This document shows positions 62,101 to 64,000 of a stretch of DNA of 64,000 nucleotides, one piece after another. The notes below the pieces were generated by a model that saw only the letters and a list, made by a program, of their open reading frames with translations, was not told the DNA's origin and did no database searches. A program made the position numbers and the translations under genes. The stretch is taken from contig JBNGIO010006379.1 of the NCBI GenBank assembly GCA_049999805.1, positions 713,414-777,413 of the forward strand, read 5' to 3'. Positions within the stretch are counted from its first letter, which is position 1. Each line of letters opens with the position of its first letter. Source of the DNA: Folioceros fuciformis (lineage: Eukaryota).

Positions 62101-62924
62101 CCCCGCACATTCCTTCCTGTTATCTGCCAGAGTGTTCCAGCTTCCAACTACCCCGAGCGAGACGAGTGTCAGCGAGTAGACGACTAGTCGGGAGTCGCGC
62201 GAAGTGGTCGTGATGCGCGAATCGTAACTCTCGATTCGTGTGGACGAATCGGCCAAGAATGGCGTGCCGGACGCGGGCGAGGGAGAGAGAGAGCAGTGCA
62301 GTGCTGTGGCGCACGCTCGTGCGTGCCACAGGAATGTCCCCCGCAATTCTGCGGGTTTCCTGCATTGTATCTTTCTCCTGCTCCGGCTCCGACTGTCCGC
62401 GTCTCCGCAGGCTCTTGTGCTGCGCTGCCACCTGTAGCGTGCGCTGCGCCCGTTCCTGTTCTGGGGTGCCCGCAACCTGCGCTGCCGCTGACCGGTGAGC
62501 TGGGTTCGTGGGGGACGCTCAAGAAGGATCTGTATGTGGCTTTCCAGGCGCACTCTGGCTTGGGGTGGTCAATTCCAGCTCCCTGGCCGCTGGTTTTGCT
62601 TTGCTTCCAGTGAAGTAGGCTGAGAGCCGATCTGGTGACGGCTTTCTGGATGCTGCGCTTGGACGGAAATCTGGTCTCTCTTGCTTGCGCGTTGAAGATT
62701 TGAATTTTTGGGTTGTTGTTTGTGGGAGGTTGCAGCTGGTGGTGATGCTGGAGGACATGTTTTGTGCCAAAGAGCGGTGGAGGGGAGGAGACGGTGACGT
62801 GGGATTTTCGGCTTTGGTTCGGAGATCTCGAGGGTAGGGGGCTGGAAGGAGGTGGTGGTGGAGGGGAGAAGTGGGGGGAGAGGGGCGGAAGAAAAGGGGG
62901 TGCGCTGGAGGTTATGTGGTGGCC

Positions 62925-64000
62925 ATGTCTCATGACCGCGTCACGCTTAATGTGGGAGGAAAGATATTTGTGACCAGCCGTGCTACAATTGCTAATGCGG
63001 GGAGGAACTCTATGTTGGCTGCTATGATCGATTCCTCATGGCAGACCTCGGGGCAGCCGAGCTGTCAAAGTGGGGAGTTTTTCATCGACAGAAATCCAGA
63101 CTATTTTTCTGTGCTGCTGGATCTTTTGAGGACGGAAGAGCTGCATATCCCTCCTGGCATGTCGGAGAAGGCCCTGTACCGTGAGGCTCTGTACTACGGC
63201 GTTCTGGACCATGTTCGGGGTGCCAAGTCTGAAGCTTTGGATGGGAACCGGTTGACGCGCATTGCCTCCGTCAGGGGGTGTGCCACAGGAGATGGAACGG
63301 CCATCAAGGCCAACAGTGAGGGAGGGTGTTGTGTGGCGCATGGATCAATGGTGCATGTGTATGACTGGACGTTGCAGCAGCAGGCTCCTCTGAATCTGGA
63401 TTACATGAACGTCAACGACGTGGACTTCATGGGTCCTCAGAGAGTGGTGATTGGCACCTGCGAGCGGAGCGAAACGCTGGGGGGCATGGCGTCCTTCGAT
63501 GTGGGCACTGGGGAGATCGTGCATAGATACAAGGTGAGCCATGATGGACACAGCAAAAACTTTACGGCAAGTGCGCTGGCCAGCAGCGAAGGGAAGCATC
63601 TCTTTGCTAGTTGCAGAGGCCGAAGCAACGAGCATGGCATTGGGATTTGGGACCAGACCACGGGACAGCAGGTTCATTTCATGTACGAAGGAGTGTGGCC
63701 TTTGGGGCTTGCAAGCAAGCTGCAATGGCTACCCCAGAGTAAGCTCTTGATGGTGGCAACCCTGTACCCCAGTGATGACAGCTTTATTAGCCTTGTAGAT
63801 CCTAGAGCAAAGCACAAAGTGTGGTCCTGGACGGACTCGGACGGCGCCATCCTAGGAGTTCCTGACGAAAAGGTTGTTATGGACGCTGTGGCCATGGAGG
63901 AGTGTTCCGCGATCTGTGTGGTGAACCAGTTTTATCACTTGGGCTTCATTGATGCCAGAGCTGGCCACACCCATGGCCTGAGGTGGGACCATCGTGGCCA
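62925..64000 (+). CDS. KCTD-like BTB/POZ protein with beta-propeller-like C-terminus (At2g24240/At4g30940-like); runs off the window end
   Basis: MSHDRVTLNVGGKIFVTS..T, FFIDRNPDYFSVLLDLLRT.EL, LYREALYYG, CCVAHGSMVHVYDW, GIGIWDQTTG. Confidence 0.88.
   Translation, partial: MSHDRVTLNVGGKIFVTSRATIANAGRNSMLAAMIDSSWQTSGQPSCQSGEFFIDRNPDYFSVLLDLLRTEELHIPPGMSEKALYREALYYGVLDHVRGAKSEALDGNRLTRIASVRGCATGDGTAIKANSEGGCCVAHGSMVHVYDWTLQQQAPLNLDYMNVNDVDFMGPQRVVIGTCERSETLGGMASFDVGTGEIVHRYKVSHDGHSKNFTASALASSEGKHLFASCRGRSNEHGIGIWDQTTGQQVHFMYEGVWPLGLASKLQWLPQSKLLMVATLYPSDDSFISLVDPRAKHKVWSWTDSDGAILGVPDEKVVMDAVAMEECSAICVVNQFYHLGFIDARAGHTHGLRWDHRG

Noticed and set aside
1..64000. tRNA, rRNA, snRNA genes and intact transposase or RT ORFs
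   Set aside because: None recognised by eye; a tRNAscan-SE or Infernal scan would be needed to exclude small RNAs.

Overview
Eukaryotic nuclear DNA from a very gene-dense land-plant genome: about 20 protein-coding genes in 64 kb, mostly 70-190 nt introns, roughly 50% GC and two 100-N scaffold gaps. A bryophyte, most plausibly a hornwort, is inferred from this architecture only. Genes in order: NHR2-like, Yip1-domain protein, divergent VIPP1/PspA paralog, isopentenyl phosphate kinase, ProT-type transporter, FolD, PNPOx-like split-barrel protein, SPX protein, SFT1-type SNARE, dCMP deaminase, a decayed partial RPA1 duplicate, TAF4, a large orphan ORF, an RPA1 gene, ITPK1-like kinase, DUS3, SDRA/IBR1, an NPH3/RPT2-like protein, TRS31, USB1 and a truncated BTB/POZ gene. 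AT-rich repeat or TE-like relics lie at about 18.1-19.4, 38.2-39.1 and 42.5-45.7 kb. The most notable region is 26-42 kb. It holds an RPA1 that appears to lack its N-terminal DBD-F, a decayed RPA1 copy now forming the E2F-site-bearing upstream region of dCMP deaminase, and an orphan protein with repeated LSQES motifs, NLS-like and EAR-like motifs. Also notable are a U12-type intron in IPK, a P1BS cluster upstream of SPX, a possible spliced N-terminal extension of ITPK1, and extremely tight gene pairs. All calls were made by eye with no searches run, so exon boundaries are predictions.
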